From an uncultured Bacteroidales bacterium (GTDB lineage Bacteria; Bacteroidota; Bacteroidia; Bacteroidales; VadinHA17), in NCBI GenBank assembly GCA_963825165.1, contig CAWGRY010000003.1:129605-193604 (forward strand): a stretch of DNA of 64,000 nt, read 5' to 3'. The notes under the pieces are model-generated. The model saw only the letters and a list, made by a program, of their open reading frames with translations, ran no database searches and was not told the origin of the DNA. Of this stretch, positions 1-9,073 are shown one piece after another. A program made the position numbers and the translations under genes. Each line of letters starts with the position of its first letter. Within the stretch, counting starts at the first letter, position 1.

Positions 1-347
1 GATGATCCTGCACTGCGCGGGTTGCTGAGGGAAGCCCTGGAAAAAAGGAAATATGTCGTAATAACAGCCAGCGACGGAAGAGAAGCACTTGCAAAATTCC
101 GCCCTTCGGTTATCGATCTTGTAATTACTGACCTCCTGATGCCTGAAGAGGATGGACTGATGGTTATAATGAAGATCAGGGAGATTAAGCCTTCGACAAA
201 GATGATTGCTATCAGCGGGGGGGAAAGGCAGGCCCGGGAAGCTACCTTCTCATGGCCAGCAAGCTTGGAGCAGACCTTGTATTTTCAAAACCGTTCCTTC
301 CTTCCGAACTGGTGCAGAAGGTGAAAGAGATGCTGGATAAACATTAA
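1..347 (+). pseudogene. CheY-like response regulator receiver domain, 5'-truncated by the window edge and frameshifted in a G7 run
   Basis: Frame 1 reads DDPALRGLLREALEKRKYVVITASDGREALAKF...VITDLLMPEEDGLMVIMKIREIKPSTKMIAISGG and then turns to nonsense (stop 322-324). The adjacent frame from ~225 reads KAGPGSYLLMASKLGADLVFSKPFLPSELVQKVKEMLDKH* (stop 345-347), a normal receiver C-terminus. The switch point is the run of 7 G at 217-223. Confidence 0.75.
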
Positions 348-396
348 TATGAATTCCTTGTTATAACCTCAGGAAACAACCATTAAAAACAAATAT

Positions 397-912
397 ATGT
401 TAACAAAGAAAGTAGAAGAATTCTGCAACAGGCAGATTGAAAGAGAAGGATACTCCTCAAGCCTTTATCTTGCGATGGCATCATGGGCAGAGAACAAAGG
501 CCTGGCCGGCGTGGCATCATGGCTCTATGTGCAGTCCGACGAAGAACGGTTGCATATGCTTAAATTCATAAAATACGTCAATGAACGTGGCGGAACAGCT
601 GTTTTGCCGGCATTCAAGCAGCCACCCGTGAAATTCAAAAGTGTTCCGGACATGTTTAAAGACGTGTTGAAACACGAACAATTCATTTCAGCCAGCATCA
701 ATGAAGTTCTTGCCGTCGCCAACGATGAAAAGGATTTCGCCACTGCCAATTGGATACAGTGGTTTGTAAACGAGCAGATACAGGAGGAGAGCAGTGCAAA
801 GATCATCCTTGATAAACTTGCCCTCGCGGGTGAGTCCGGTCTCTATTTCCTGGACAGAGATATAATGGCCCTGAGAGCGGCTGCTGAACCGGCAGCCCCG
901 CCAGTAGCTTAA
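397..912 (+). CDS. ftnA: non-haem ferritin (Ftn family)
   Basis: 171-aa ORF with ferritin-like motifs EREGYSSSLYLAMASW, SDEERLHMLKFIKYVNERGG, VLKHEQFISASIN and WFVNEQIQEE. Confidence 0.9.
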   Translation: MLTKKVEEFCNRQIEREGYSSSLYLAMASWAENKGLAGVASWLYVQSDEERLHMLKFIKYVNERGGTAVLPAFKQPPVKFKSVPDMFKDVLKHEQFISASINEVLAVANDEKDFATANWIQWFVNEQIQEESSAKIILDKLALAGESGLYFLDRDIMALRAAAEPAAPPVA

Positions 913-930
913 AAGATCATTGCCACAGAG

Positions 931-964
931 AAGGCTGTCCTGAATAACCGGACAGCCTTTTATT
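931..964 (+). terminator. Rho-independent terminator after ferritin gene
   Basis: AAGGCTGTCC (931-940) pairs with GGACAGCCTT (950-959) as a 10-bp stem, followed by TTTATT. Confidence 0.7.
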
Positions 965-988
965 CATTCATTGAGCCGGAAAATTGAT

Positions 989-996
989 TACTTTTG
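989..996 (+). promoter_or_regulatory. Bacteroidota-type -7 promoter box (TAnnTTTG) for secA
   Basis: TACTTTTG lies 27 nt upstream of ATG 1023. Confidence 0.5.
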
Positions 997-1022
997 CGGC
1001 ATATTTTTAAAAATATCGTTAA

Positions 1023-4000
1023 ATGAGCTTTGTAAGCAAAGTACTTACTGTTTTCCTGGGCGATAAAGAGGCACGCGATCTTAAGGAGATAAATCCTTTC
1101 GTTGGAAGGATCAAGAGCGAAACGGCTCTCATTACTTCTCTTTCAAATGATGCCCTGCGTGACCGTACTGCTGCCCTTAAAAAGGAAATAAGGGAATCCA
1201 TTGCAGCAGAAGAACAGGAGATCCGTGATCTGAAAGCCGGGGCCGACAAAGAAGAGGACATCAACAGGAAAGAAGAACTCTATAATCAGGTAGATAAGAT
1301 CGACAAACAAATCCTTGAGAAACTTGAGAAAAAGCTTGACGAGGTACTGCCGGTAGCCTTTGCAATAATGAAGGATACTGCGAGGCGCTTCAAGGAAAAC
1401 GAAGTTCTCGAGGTGACGGCAAGGGACTGGGACCGCGATCTGGCTGCAACACGTCCTTCTATAACCGTCGAAGGCGACAAAGCCAACTGGAAGAACAGAT
1501 GGATGGCCGGGGGGAACGAAATCCTCTGGGATATGGTGCACTACGATGTGCAGCTTATCGGCGGCGTGGCACTGCATAAGGGCAATATTTCCGAAATGGC
1601 CACCGGCGAGGGAAAAACACTCGTGGCTACATTGCCGGTATTCCTGAATGCGCTCGCAGGCCGCGGAGTACATATAGTTACCGTCAACGACTACCTGTCA
1701 AAACGTGACTCGGAATGGATGGGCCCGCTGTACGAATTTCACGGACTGTCAGTGGATTGCATCGATAAACATGAGCCTAACTCCCCGGCGCGCCGCAAGG
1801 CATATAACTCCGACATCACTTTCGGAACGAACAATGAGTTTGGATTTGACTACCTGCGTGATAATATGGCGATTAACCCCGAGGACCTTGTCCAGAGGAA
1901 GCACCATTACGCTATTGTTGACGAGGTCGACTCAGTGTTGATCGATGACGCGAGGACCCCTCTCATCATTTCCGGTCCTACGGCCAAAAGCGATACGCTT
2001 CAGTTCGATGAGTACAAGCACAAAGTGGAGGTGCTGGTAGGTGCCCAGAGAAAACTGGTGACACAACTGCTTGCAGATGCAAAGAAAGCGCTCAATGACG
2101 GTAAGAACGATGACGCAGGACTGATGCTTCTGAGAGCTTATAAAGGACTGCCGAAAAACAACGCACTGATAAAATATCTCAGCGAGGAAGGAGTAAGGTC
2201 TCTTCTCCAGAAGACCGAGAACTTATACATGCAGAATAACTCCAAGGATATGCCCAAGGCGACCGAAGAGCTGTTCTTTGTTATCGATGAGAAAGCCAAC
2301 TCCATCGAGCTGACGGAGAAGGGGCATGACCTGATCTCTACCTCCGTGGAAGATGCCAGCTTCTTCGTGCTGCCTGACGTGGGCAGCAAAATAGCCGACA
2401 TTGAAAAGACCGTAAAGGATGAGACTGCAAAAATGAGAGCCAAGGATGAGCTGCTGCAGGACTTTGCAGTCAAATCGGAACGGGTTCATACCATGACACA
2501 GCTTCTCAAGGCTTATACGCTCTTCGAGAATGACGTCGAATATGTGGTGATGGATAACAAGGTGAAGATCGTTGATGAACAGACCGGTCGTATACTTGAA
2601 GGACGCCGGTACTCAGACGGTCTGCATCAGGCCATCGAAGCCAAGGAAAATGTCAAGGTCGAAGCATCCACACAGACTTATGCCACCATCACTCTCCAGA
2701 ACTACTTCAGGATGTACCATAAGCTGGCAGGCATGACCGGTACGGCTGTCACCGAAGCAGGGGAGCTGTGGAATATCTATAAGCTTGATGTGGTGGTCAT
2801 TCCTACCAATGTGCAGGTAATAAGGAATGACCATGAGGACCTGGTCTACAAAACCAAGAGGGAGAAATATAATGCCGTCATTGACGAGATAGCAAACCTG
2901 AACAAGCAGGGCAGACCTGTACTCGTGGGTACAACCTCCGTTGAGATCTCGGAACTGCTCAGCCGCATGCTCAAGATGAAAGGCCTGAAGCATAACGTTC
3001 TGAATGCCAAGCTCCATCAGCGTGAGGCTGATATAGTGGCTGAGGCCGGAAAGACAGGCACCATCACCATCGCAACCAACATGGCAGGAAGGGGAACAGA
3101 CATCAAGCTCACACCCGAGGTGCGCAAAGCCGGAGGCCTGGCTATCATAGGCACTGAACGTCATGAGTCACGCCGCGTCGACAGACAGCTCAGAGGACGT
3201 GCCGGACGACAGGGAGACCCCGGCTCATCTCAGTTCTTCGTTTCACTGGAGGATGACCTGATGCGACTGTTCGGATCAGAGAGGATCTCGGGTATCATGG
3301 ACCGCCTGGGTCTGAAAGACGGGGAGATGATACAGCATTCCATGATCACAAAATCAATTGAGAGAGCCCAGAAAAAAGTCGAGGAAAATAACTTCGGAAT
3401 AAGAAAGAGGCTGCTTGAATATGACGATGTGATGAATTCGCAGAGGGAGGTCATCTACAGTAAGAGACGCCATGCACTCCTCGGCGAGAGACTGAGCGTC
3501 GATATTGCAAATATGATGTACGACGTCACCGAGAACACAGTGAACGTCAATAAAGATTCAGGTGATTTCGAGGAGTTTCAGTTCGGACTGATGAGAATAC
3601 TCTCCGTAGATTCACCGGTGGCCAGGCAGGAATTCATGAAAGGCAACAACCAGGATATCATTGATGCCGTCTACGATAAAGTGCTTGATGCCTACAGACG
3701 CAAGGGAGATGTGATATCAACTACAGCACTCCCTGTATTGAAAAATGTATATGAAAGGATGTCAGCTACTTACGAAAATGTGGTTGTGCCTATCACTGAC
3801 GGCGCCCGTACTTTCAATGTGATCACAAACCTGAAAGCTGCCGTCGATTCTGAAGGGAAGGAGCTGCTCCGCTCTTTTGAAAAGACCGCCGTGCTGGCAA
3901 CAATTGACGACGCCTGGAGGGAGCATCTTCGTGAAATGGATGACCTTAAGCAATCAGTACAGAATGCTTCATACGAACAGAAAGATCCTCTTCTCATATA

Positions 4001-4340
4001 TAAGTTCGAGTCCTTCGAGCTCTTCAGGACAATGGTGAACAAGGTTAACCAGGATGTGGTCAGCCTGCTGATGAAGGGCTCTATTCCGGTCACCTCACCT
4101 GATAATGTAAGGGAGGCTCAGCGGCGCAAACAGGTTGACATGAGCAGGCTCAGGACACAGAAAAGCGACTTCGAGAGCTCCTTCAGCGGAGACGGATCAC
4201 CGGAGAAAAAACAGCAGCAGACCGCACCCGTCAGGGTCGACAAGAAAGTCGGAAGGAATGATCCGTGCCCTTGCGGCAGTGGTAAGAAATACAAGCAATG
4301 TCACGGAAAGAACATCAGCGACGCTCCTGCGGCTGTTTAG
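1023..4340 (+). CDS. secA: preprotein translocase ATPase SecA
   Basis: 1105-aa ORF. Walker [19 protein letters not shown]-like [33 protein letters not shown], and a C-terminal zinc finger [14 protein letters not shown]. Confidence 0.97.
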   Translation: MSFVSKVLTVFLGDKEARDLKEINPFVGRIKSETALITSLSNDALRDRTAALKKEIRESIAAEEQEIRDLKAGADKEEDINRKEELYNQVDKIDKQILEKLEKKLDEVLPVAFAIMKDTARRFKENEVLEVTARDWDRDLAATRPSITVEGDKANWKNRWMAGGNEILWDMVHYDVQLIGGVALHKGNISEMATGEGKTLVATLPVFLNALAGRGVHIVTVNDYLSKRDSEWMGPLYEFHGLSVDCIDKHEPNSPARRKAYNSDITFGTNNEFGFDYLRDNMAINPEDLVQRKHHYAIVDEVDSVLIDDARTPLIISGPTAKSDTLQFDEYKHKVEVLVGAQRKLVTQLLADAKKALNDGKNDDAGLMLLRAYKGLPKNNALIKYLSEEGVRSLLQKTENLYMQNNSKDMPKATEELFFVIDEKANSIELTEKGHDLISTSVEDASFFVLPDVGSKIADIEKTVKDETAKMRAKDELLQDFAVKSERVHTMTQLLKAYTLFENDVEYVVMDNKVKIVDEQTGRILEGRRYSDGLHQAIEAKENVKVEASTQTYATITLQNYFRMYHKLAGMTGTAVTEAGELWNIYKLDVVVIPTNVQVIRNDHEDLVYKTKREKYNAVIDEIANLNKQGRPVLVGTTSVEISELLSRMLKMKGLKHNVLNAKLHQREADIVAEAGKTGTITIATNMAGRGTDIKLTPEVRKAGGLAIIGTERHESRRVDRQLRGRAGRQGDPGSSQFFVSLEDDLMRLFGSERISGIMDRLGLKDGEMIQHSMITKSIERAQKKVEENNFGIRKRLLEYDDVMNSQREVIYSKRRHALLGERLSVDIANMMYDVTENTVNVNKDSGDFEEFQFGLMRILSVDSPVARQEFMKGNNQDIIDAVYDKVLDAYRRKGDVISTTALPVLKNVYERMSATYENVVVPITDGARTFNVITNLKAAVDSEGKELLRSFEKTAVLATIDDAWREHLREMDDLKQSVQNASYEQKDPLLIYKFESFELFRTMVNKVNQDVVSLLMKGSIPVTSPDNVREAQRRKQVDMSRLRTQKSDFESSFSGDGSPEKKQQQTAPVRVDKKVGRNDPCPCGSGKKYKQCHGKNISDAPAAV

Positions 4341-4358
4341 TGGGAAAGGCTATATACG

Positions 4359-5240
4359 CTATTTAAGAGCTTCCATGGCCCTGGAAATCCGGGTTTGCAT
4401 TGACCTGCTCACCGGAACGAGAGGCAACCTGAGGTTGTTCTGACAGAGATTCATGCTGCTCATTATTGCCTTGATCCCGCCTGGATTACCCTCAGCAAAG
4501 AGAAGATCAGTCATCTCCAGGAACTTGAATTGTATTTCCCTGGCTATCTTAAAATTATTTTTTAAAGCCTGCTGAACCATCTCTGAACACTCAGCCGGGT
4601 ATGCATTTGCCAGAACAGATATCAGTCCTGCGCCCCCTATTGCCATCACCGTCAGCGCATCCACATCGTTGCCGGAAATGACCATGAAATTATCAGGTTT
4701 GTCCTTTATGATCTTCATCATATTCTCATGATTGCCTGAGCTCTCCTTAATACCGATTATATTATCACATGACCTGGCAAGCTCGAGACAGGTCTCTGGC
4801 ATGATGCTGCTGGCCGTACGTGATGGTACGTTATAAAGAATGACTGGTACCGGACTGGCCAGGGCTATCTGCCTGAAATGCTGAAACAGGCCTTTCTGAC
4901 AGGGTTTGTTATAATAGGGGGCAACTGAAAGAATGGCGTCAACCCCATCCATATCTGACTGGCGGATATAACTCACAATATCGGAAGTGTTATTTCCGCC
5001 GATACCGATGACCAGGGGCACTCTTTTTGCAATGGCTTCAACGGCAAAGGAGGTCAGGGCGCTCTTCTCTTCCCTGTTAAGTGTTGATGCCTCTCCTGTG
5101 GTACCAAGCAATACAATATAATTCACACCGCCGGCAATGACATGTTCAATAATCCTTCCCATGGCGGTAAAGTCAATGCTAAGATCATTCTTGAATGGTG
5201 TGACGACTGCCACGCCTGTTCCCTTGAATTTCTTCATCAT
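4359..5240 (-). CDS. dapA: 4-hydroxy-tetrahydrodipicolinate synthase
   Basis: 293 aa with GTGVAVVTPF, LLGTTGEASTL, YNVPSRT and the Schiff-base lysine context IIGIKESSG. Confidence 0.93.
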   Translation of the reverse strand: MMKKFKGTGVAVVTPFKNDLSIDFTAMGRIIEHVIAGGVNYIVLLGTTGEASTLNREEKSALTSFAVEAIAKRVPLVIGIGGNNTSDIVSYIRQSDMDGVDAILSVAPYYNKPCQKGLFQHFRQIALASPVPVILYNVPSRTASSIMPETCLELARSCDNIIGIKESSGNHENMMKIIKDKPDNFMVISGNDVDALTVMAIGGAGLISVLANAYPAECSEMVQQALKNNFKIAREIQFKFLEMTDLLFAEGNPGGIKAIMSSMNLCQNNLRLPLVPVSRSMQTRISRAMEALK

Positions 5241-5268
5241 GCTGAAATCCTTATTTGGTTAATATTTG

Positions 5269-5844
5269 TCAGGCTCTTGAGCCGGGGCCGCTGATCATTG
5301 TAAGATAATGCATGGCTTGCTCCAGGAAGAATGCAATGCTGAATGGACGGGGTGTCTTGATCATCAGGTCATACGGTATTTTCTCAGGCTCATCTGAGAT
5401 GTCCGGACCCACCTTCATCGGTGCAGCCGACATCGAAGTAATATACATAAGCTGGAAGAGTGATGAAGGGTTGATATCAATTATCAGGTCAAATTTTGAA
5501 TTGATGAATTCCTTTGCATCACCTGAGGTAGGGATAAACACCCAGTTAAGGTCTTTCTTCTTCAGAAACTTCATGTAGGAAAGGCCTGTTAGCCTGTCAG
5601 GTACACTCTTGCCAGGCACCCAGGTCAGTACCTCTACGCTCTTGTCCATCTCCATAAGCTGTCTGTTCAGGGCTGCGAGGTGCTGAAAGTCCTTTTCAAA
5701 AGTAGCGTCCCAGAGGATACCAACCTTTTTTACTTTTTCAATATCGAATCCGGGCTTCAGCCTTCTTGCCGATGAGAGGCGGTTCCGGAGTATCATCCGT
5801 CCGGCTTTTTGTCTGAGGCTTCCGAAAAGTTCCATTGAATGCAA
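5269..5844 (-). CDS. hypothetical protein of unknown function, between ligA and dapA
   Basis: 191-aa ORF tightly packed in the minus-strand gene string. I recognise no motif. Confidence 0.5.
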   Translation of the reverse strand: MHSMELFGSLRQKAGRMILRNRLSSARRLKPGFDIEKVKKVGILWDATFEKDFQHLAALNRQLMEMDKSVEVLTWVPGKSVPDRLTGLSYMKFLKKKDLNWVFIPTSGDAKEFINSKFDLIIDINPSSLFQLMYITSMSAAPMKVGPDISDEPEKIPYDLMIKTPRPFSIAFFLEQAMHYLTMISGPGSRA

Positions 5845-5884
5845 ACCTATAATTTTTTTCAGCTTGTCAGGACTTACGATGCAA

Positions 5885-7891
5885 TTATTCTTTTATCATT
5901 CTGACAAACTCTTCTTCGGTTACCAGAGGTATGCCGAGTTCTTCAGCTTTAGCCCTCTTTGCAGGTCCCATGTCGCTGCCGGCCACTATGAAAGAGGTGC
6001 TTCCCGAGACTGATCCGGCGTTCTTTCCACCGGCTGCCTCAACAGCTGCCTTAATCTCCTCACGGGTGAATGCATTGAAGGTCCCGCTCACAACGACAGT
6101 CTTGCCTGCGAGAGGTCCCTTTGCAGCCACTGCCGGCGCTGTCCCTTGAAAAGTCATCCCGGCAGCCCTGAGACGCCTGATAATCTCAATGTTGTCAGGA
6201 TCAGCGAAGTACTCCCTTACACTGGTGCTGATCCGCGGACCAATCTCTGTCAATAAGCACAATTGCTCCTCCGTCGCATTCACGAGAGTGTCAAGATCGG
6301 GAAAGCCTGCTGCGAGGGTCTTGGCGACTGTCTCGCCAACATGCCTTATACCCAGTGCAAAGAGCTTGCGGTGATATGGTGCGGCGAGTGATCGCACCAG
6401 TCCTTCGATAATATTTGCAGCCGACTTGTTACCGAGACGGTCCAGTGAGGCCAGCTGCTCATGCTTCAGATCATACAGGTCAGCCACATTTCGTATAAGT
6501 CCGCGGGAATAAAGAAGCTCAATGGTCTCTTCACCCAGCCCGTCAATGTCCATGGCCTTGCGTGATACGAAGTGTATAATCCTGCGTGTGATCTGAGGCG
6601 GACAGTGGAGATAGTTCGGGCAGTAATGATTAGCCTCTCCCTCGGTTCGTACCAGGGGCGTGCCGCATTCCGGACACTCGCGGGGAAAAGAGACAAGCGC
6701 TGTTCCCTGCACGCGCCGGGTGGTATCAACCTCAACGATTTTCGGGATGATTTCGCCACCCTTCTCAATGACCACAGTGTCACCGTAATGCAGACCCAGC
6801 ATCTCAATCTGATCGCTGTTGTGCAACGTTGCACGTCTGACGGTGGTTCCGGCAAGCAAGACAGGCCGGAGATTGGCGACAGGAGTCACATTACCCGTCC
6901 TCCCGACCTGGAAATCAACTGAGAGAAGCTCCGTCAGCGCCTGATCGGCGGCATATTTGTAAGCCATTGCCCAGCGTGGCGACTTTGCCGTGTTACCAAG
7001 AAGCCTCTGCGCTTCCAGGGAATTGACCTTTACAACTACTCCGTCTGTATCGTACGGGAGTTTCTTTCTCTCTGTCTCCCAGACGGAAACGAACCTGATG
7101 ACTTCGTCCATACTGCTGCACCGCTCGATAACATCCGAGATGCGAAAGCCCCATGAACGTGCGGCCATGAGATTGTCATAGTGGTTATCGGCAGGTAGCT
7201 CATCACCCAGAAGATAGTATAGAAAACAGTCGAGCGGACGTGAGGCGACGATACGCGGATCAAGCATCTTGATCGTGCCGGCTGCAGCATTTCGCGGATT
7301 GGCAAAGAGAGCCTCACCTTTTGATGAGCGGTCAGCATTCATCTCCTCAAAACCCCTGCGCGGCAGGTAGATTTCCCCCCTAATTGTAAATAAGGCGGGA
7401 GCCTCTGATGCAGTGATAATTACCGGGATGCTTCTGATCGTTCTGACATTGACGGTGACATCATCTCCCACATTGCCGTCACCCCTGGTGACAGCCCTGA
7501 CCAGCCTGCGATCTTCATAAGTGAGGCTGATGGAAACACCGTCGAACTTCAGTTCGCATACATACTCAGGCTCATACCCAAGCGCCTTGCGAACCCTTTC
7601 TCCGAAATCGTTCACTTCCTCCGTGCTGTAAGTGTTGCCGAGTGAAAGCATGGGACTGACGTGCTCAGCCTGAAAGAATTCTTCAGTAAGGTCACTGCCT
7701 ACCCTCATGGTTGGAGAGTCAGGCGTGATCAGTTCCGGGAAATTCTTTTCAATAGTGTGAAGCTCATTGAGCAGTATATCGAATTCGAAATCGGTTATAA
7801 CAGGTTTATTCAGAACATAATACCTATGGTTATGTTCACTGATGATTTTCCTAAGCTCATCTGCTCTTTTTTTAGCCTCAGCAAGCTTCAT
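5885..7891 (-). CDS. ligA: NAD-dependent DNA ligase
   Basis: 668 aa. Adenylation motif CELKFDGVSISL, Zn finger CPECGTPLVRTEGEANHYCPNYLHC, HhH region, and a C-terminal BRCT (GKTVVVSGTF...). Confidence 0.96.
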   Translation of the reverse strand: MKLAEAKKRADELRKIISEHNHRYYVLNKPVITDFEFDILLNELHTIEKNFPELITPDSPTMRVGSDLTEEFFQAEHVSPMLSLGNTYSTEEVNDFGERVRKALGYEPEYVCELKFDGVSISLTYEDRRLVRAVTRGDGNVGDDVTVNVRTIRSIPVIITASEAPALFTIRGEIYLPRRGFEEMNADRSSKGEALFANPRNAAAGTIKMLDPRIVASRPLDCFLYYLLGDELPADNHYDNLMAARSWGFRISDVIERCSSMDEVIRFVSVWETERKKLPYDTDGVVVKVNSLEAQRLLGNTAKSPRWAMAYKYAADQALTELLSVDFQVGRTGNVTPVANLRPVLLAGTTVRRATLHNSDQIEMLGLHYGDTVVIEKGGEIIPKIVEVDTTRRVQGTALVSFPRECPECGTPLVRTEGEANHYCPNYLHCPPQITRRIIHFVSRKAMDIDGLGEETIELLYSRGLIRNVADLYDLKHEQLASLDRLGNKSAANIIEGLVRSLAAPYHRKLFALGIRHVGETVAKTLAAGFPDLDTLVNATEEQLCLLTEIGPRISTSVREYFADPDNIEIIRRLRAAGMTFQGTAPAVAAKGPLAGKTVVVSGTFNAFTREEIKAAVEAAGGKNAGSVSGSTSFIVAGSDMGPAKRAKAEELGIPLVTEEEFVRMIKE

Positions 7892-7922
7892 TGCGGGAAT
7901 GTTTCGGTTAAAACAGGTGACA

Positions 7923-9047
7923 TCAGCTCCAGATTCCGGGTATCACAGTTCCGCAACTGCATTTTCCGTTTTTCAGTCTGTCAGCTACGATCCGGAAGCC
8001 GCTTCTTTCGATCACCTTCTGTTTGCATGACGGGCAGATTGTATCATCAATACTTGTTCCTGGCACATTACCTATATAAATGTATTTAAGGCCTTCTTCG
8101 CGTGCGATCGCTGCAGCAATGTCAAGGATGCTGGCAGGGGTGGGAGGCAGATGCTCGAGCTTGTATTGTGGCTGAAAACGACTGAAGTGTATTGGTACAT
8201 CGGTGAACCCGTTGTCAGCAAGCCACCGGCACATGAGCCTGATCTCTTCCGGCTTGTCAGTCCAGCCCGGGACAATGAGGTTGGTGATCTCAAGCCACAC
8301 GCCTTCATCCCTGTATATCTTCAGCGCATCAAGAACAGGTTGAAGCTTGCCACCGCTAAGCTTAAGATATGTACTTTCATTGAACGATTTGAGATCGATA
8401 TTGGCGCCGTCGATATAGCGGCAGAGCTCTTTAAGCGGCTCCCTGTTGATGTAGCCGTTTGAATGCATAATATTCTTTATTCCTTCGGCGCGCGCTGCCT
8501 TTGATGTCTCATATACATATTCATAGAAAGTAACGGGCTCCGAATAGGTGTACGCTATAGACTTGCAGTTGCCTGATATGGCATTTGCCACCACATCTTC
8601 CGGAGGCATATCATAGTTCCTTGTCTTGTCGGGCGAGGTCTGTGAGATAGTCCAGTTCTGACAGTTGAGACAGGCAAAATTGCATCCGGCAGTTGCAATG
8701 GAGAATGCTGTTGACCCCGGAAGAAAATGATAGAGTGGTTTTTTCTCAACAGGATCAATATTCACCGCACACGGATTGCCAAAGGCCATGGTATATAGCT
8801 TTGACTTCCTGACGACCCTGTTGTGGCAGTCACTTAACTCACCTTCTTTCGGTGTACACTCATTGGGGCAGATCTTGCACACTACCCCGCGGGCGCTCTC
8901 CTCCTGGAACATTGCCAGCCTTTCCTTTGGCGCCGGTTTCATGCCCTGCAGGCTCAAAGGAGCAATGACACCGGCTGCCACCGCCAGCGAACCCTGCCTG
9001 GCGAATGTCCTTCGTGTGATCTTTCTGCCTCTGACCCCCAATGTCAT
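7923..9047 (-). CDS. amrS: AmmeMemoRadiSam-system radical SAM enzyme (AmrS-like) with an N-terminal twin-arginine signal-like extension
   Basis: 374 aa. CX3CX2C motif GCNFACLNCQNW, IDPVEKKPLYHFLPGS, and an N-terminal Cys cluster CKICPNEC...C. It shares an operon with a Memo/AMMECR1 fusion. The N-terminus is MTLGVRGRKITRRTFARQGSLAVAAGVIAPLSLQG. Confidence 0.85.
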   Translation of the reverse strand: MTLGVRGRKITRRTFARQGSLAVAAGVIAPLSLQGMKPAPKERLAMFQEESARGVVCKICPNECTPKEGELSDCHNRVVRKSKLYTMAFGNPCAVNIDPVEKKPLYHFLPGSTAFSIATAGCNFACLNCQNWTISQTSPDKTRNYDMPPEDVVANAISGNCKSIAYTYSEPVTFYEYVYETSKAARAEGIKNIMHSNGYINREPLKELCRYIDGANIDLKSFNESTYLKLSGGKLQPVLDALKIYRDEGVWLEITNLIVPGWTDKPEEIRLMCRWLADNGFTDVPIHFSRFQPQYKLEHLPPTPASILDIAAAIAREEGLKYIYIGNVPGTSIDDTICPSCKQKVIERSGFRIVADRLKNGKCSCGTVIPGIWS

Positions 9048-9073
9048 GCGTGTCTGGATTGGTGACCATAAAG

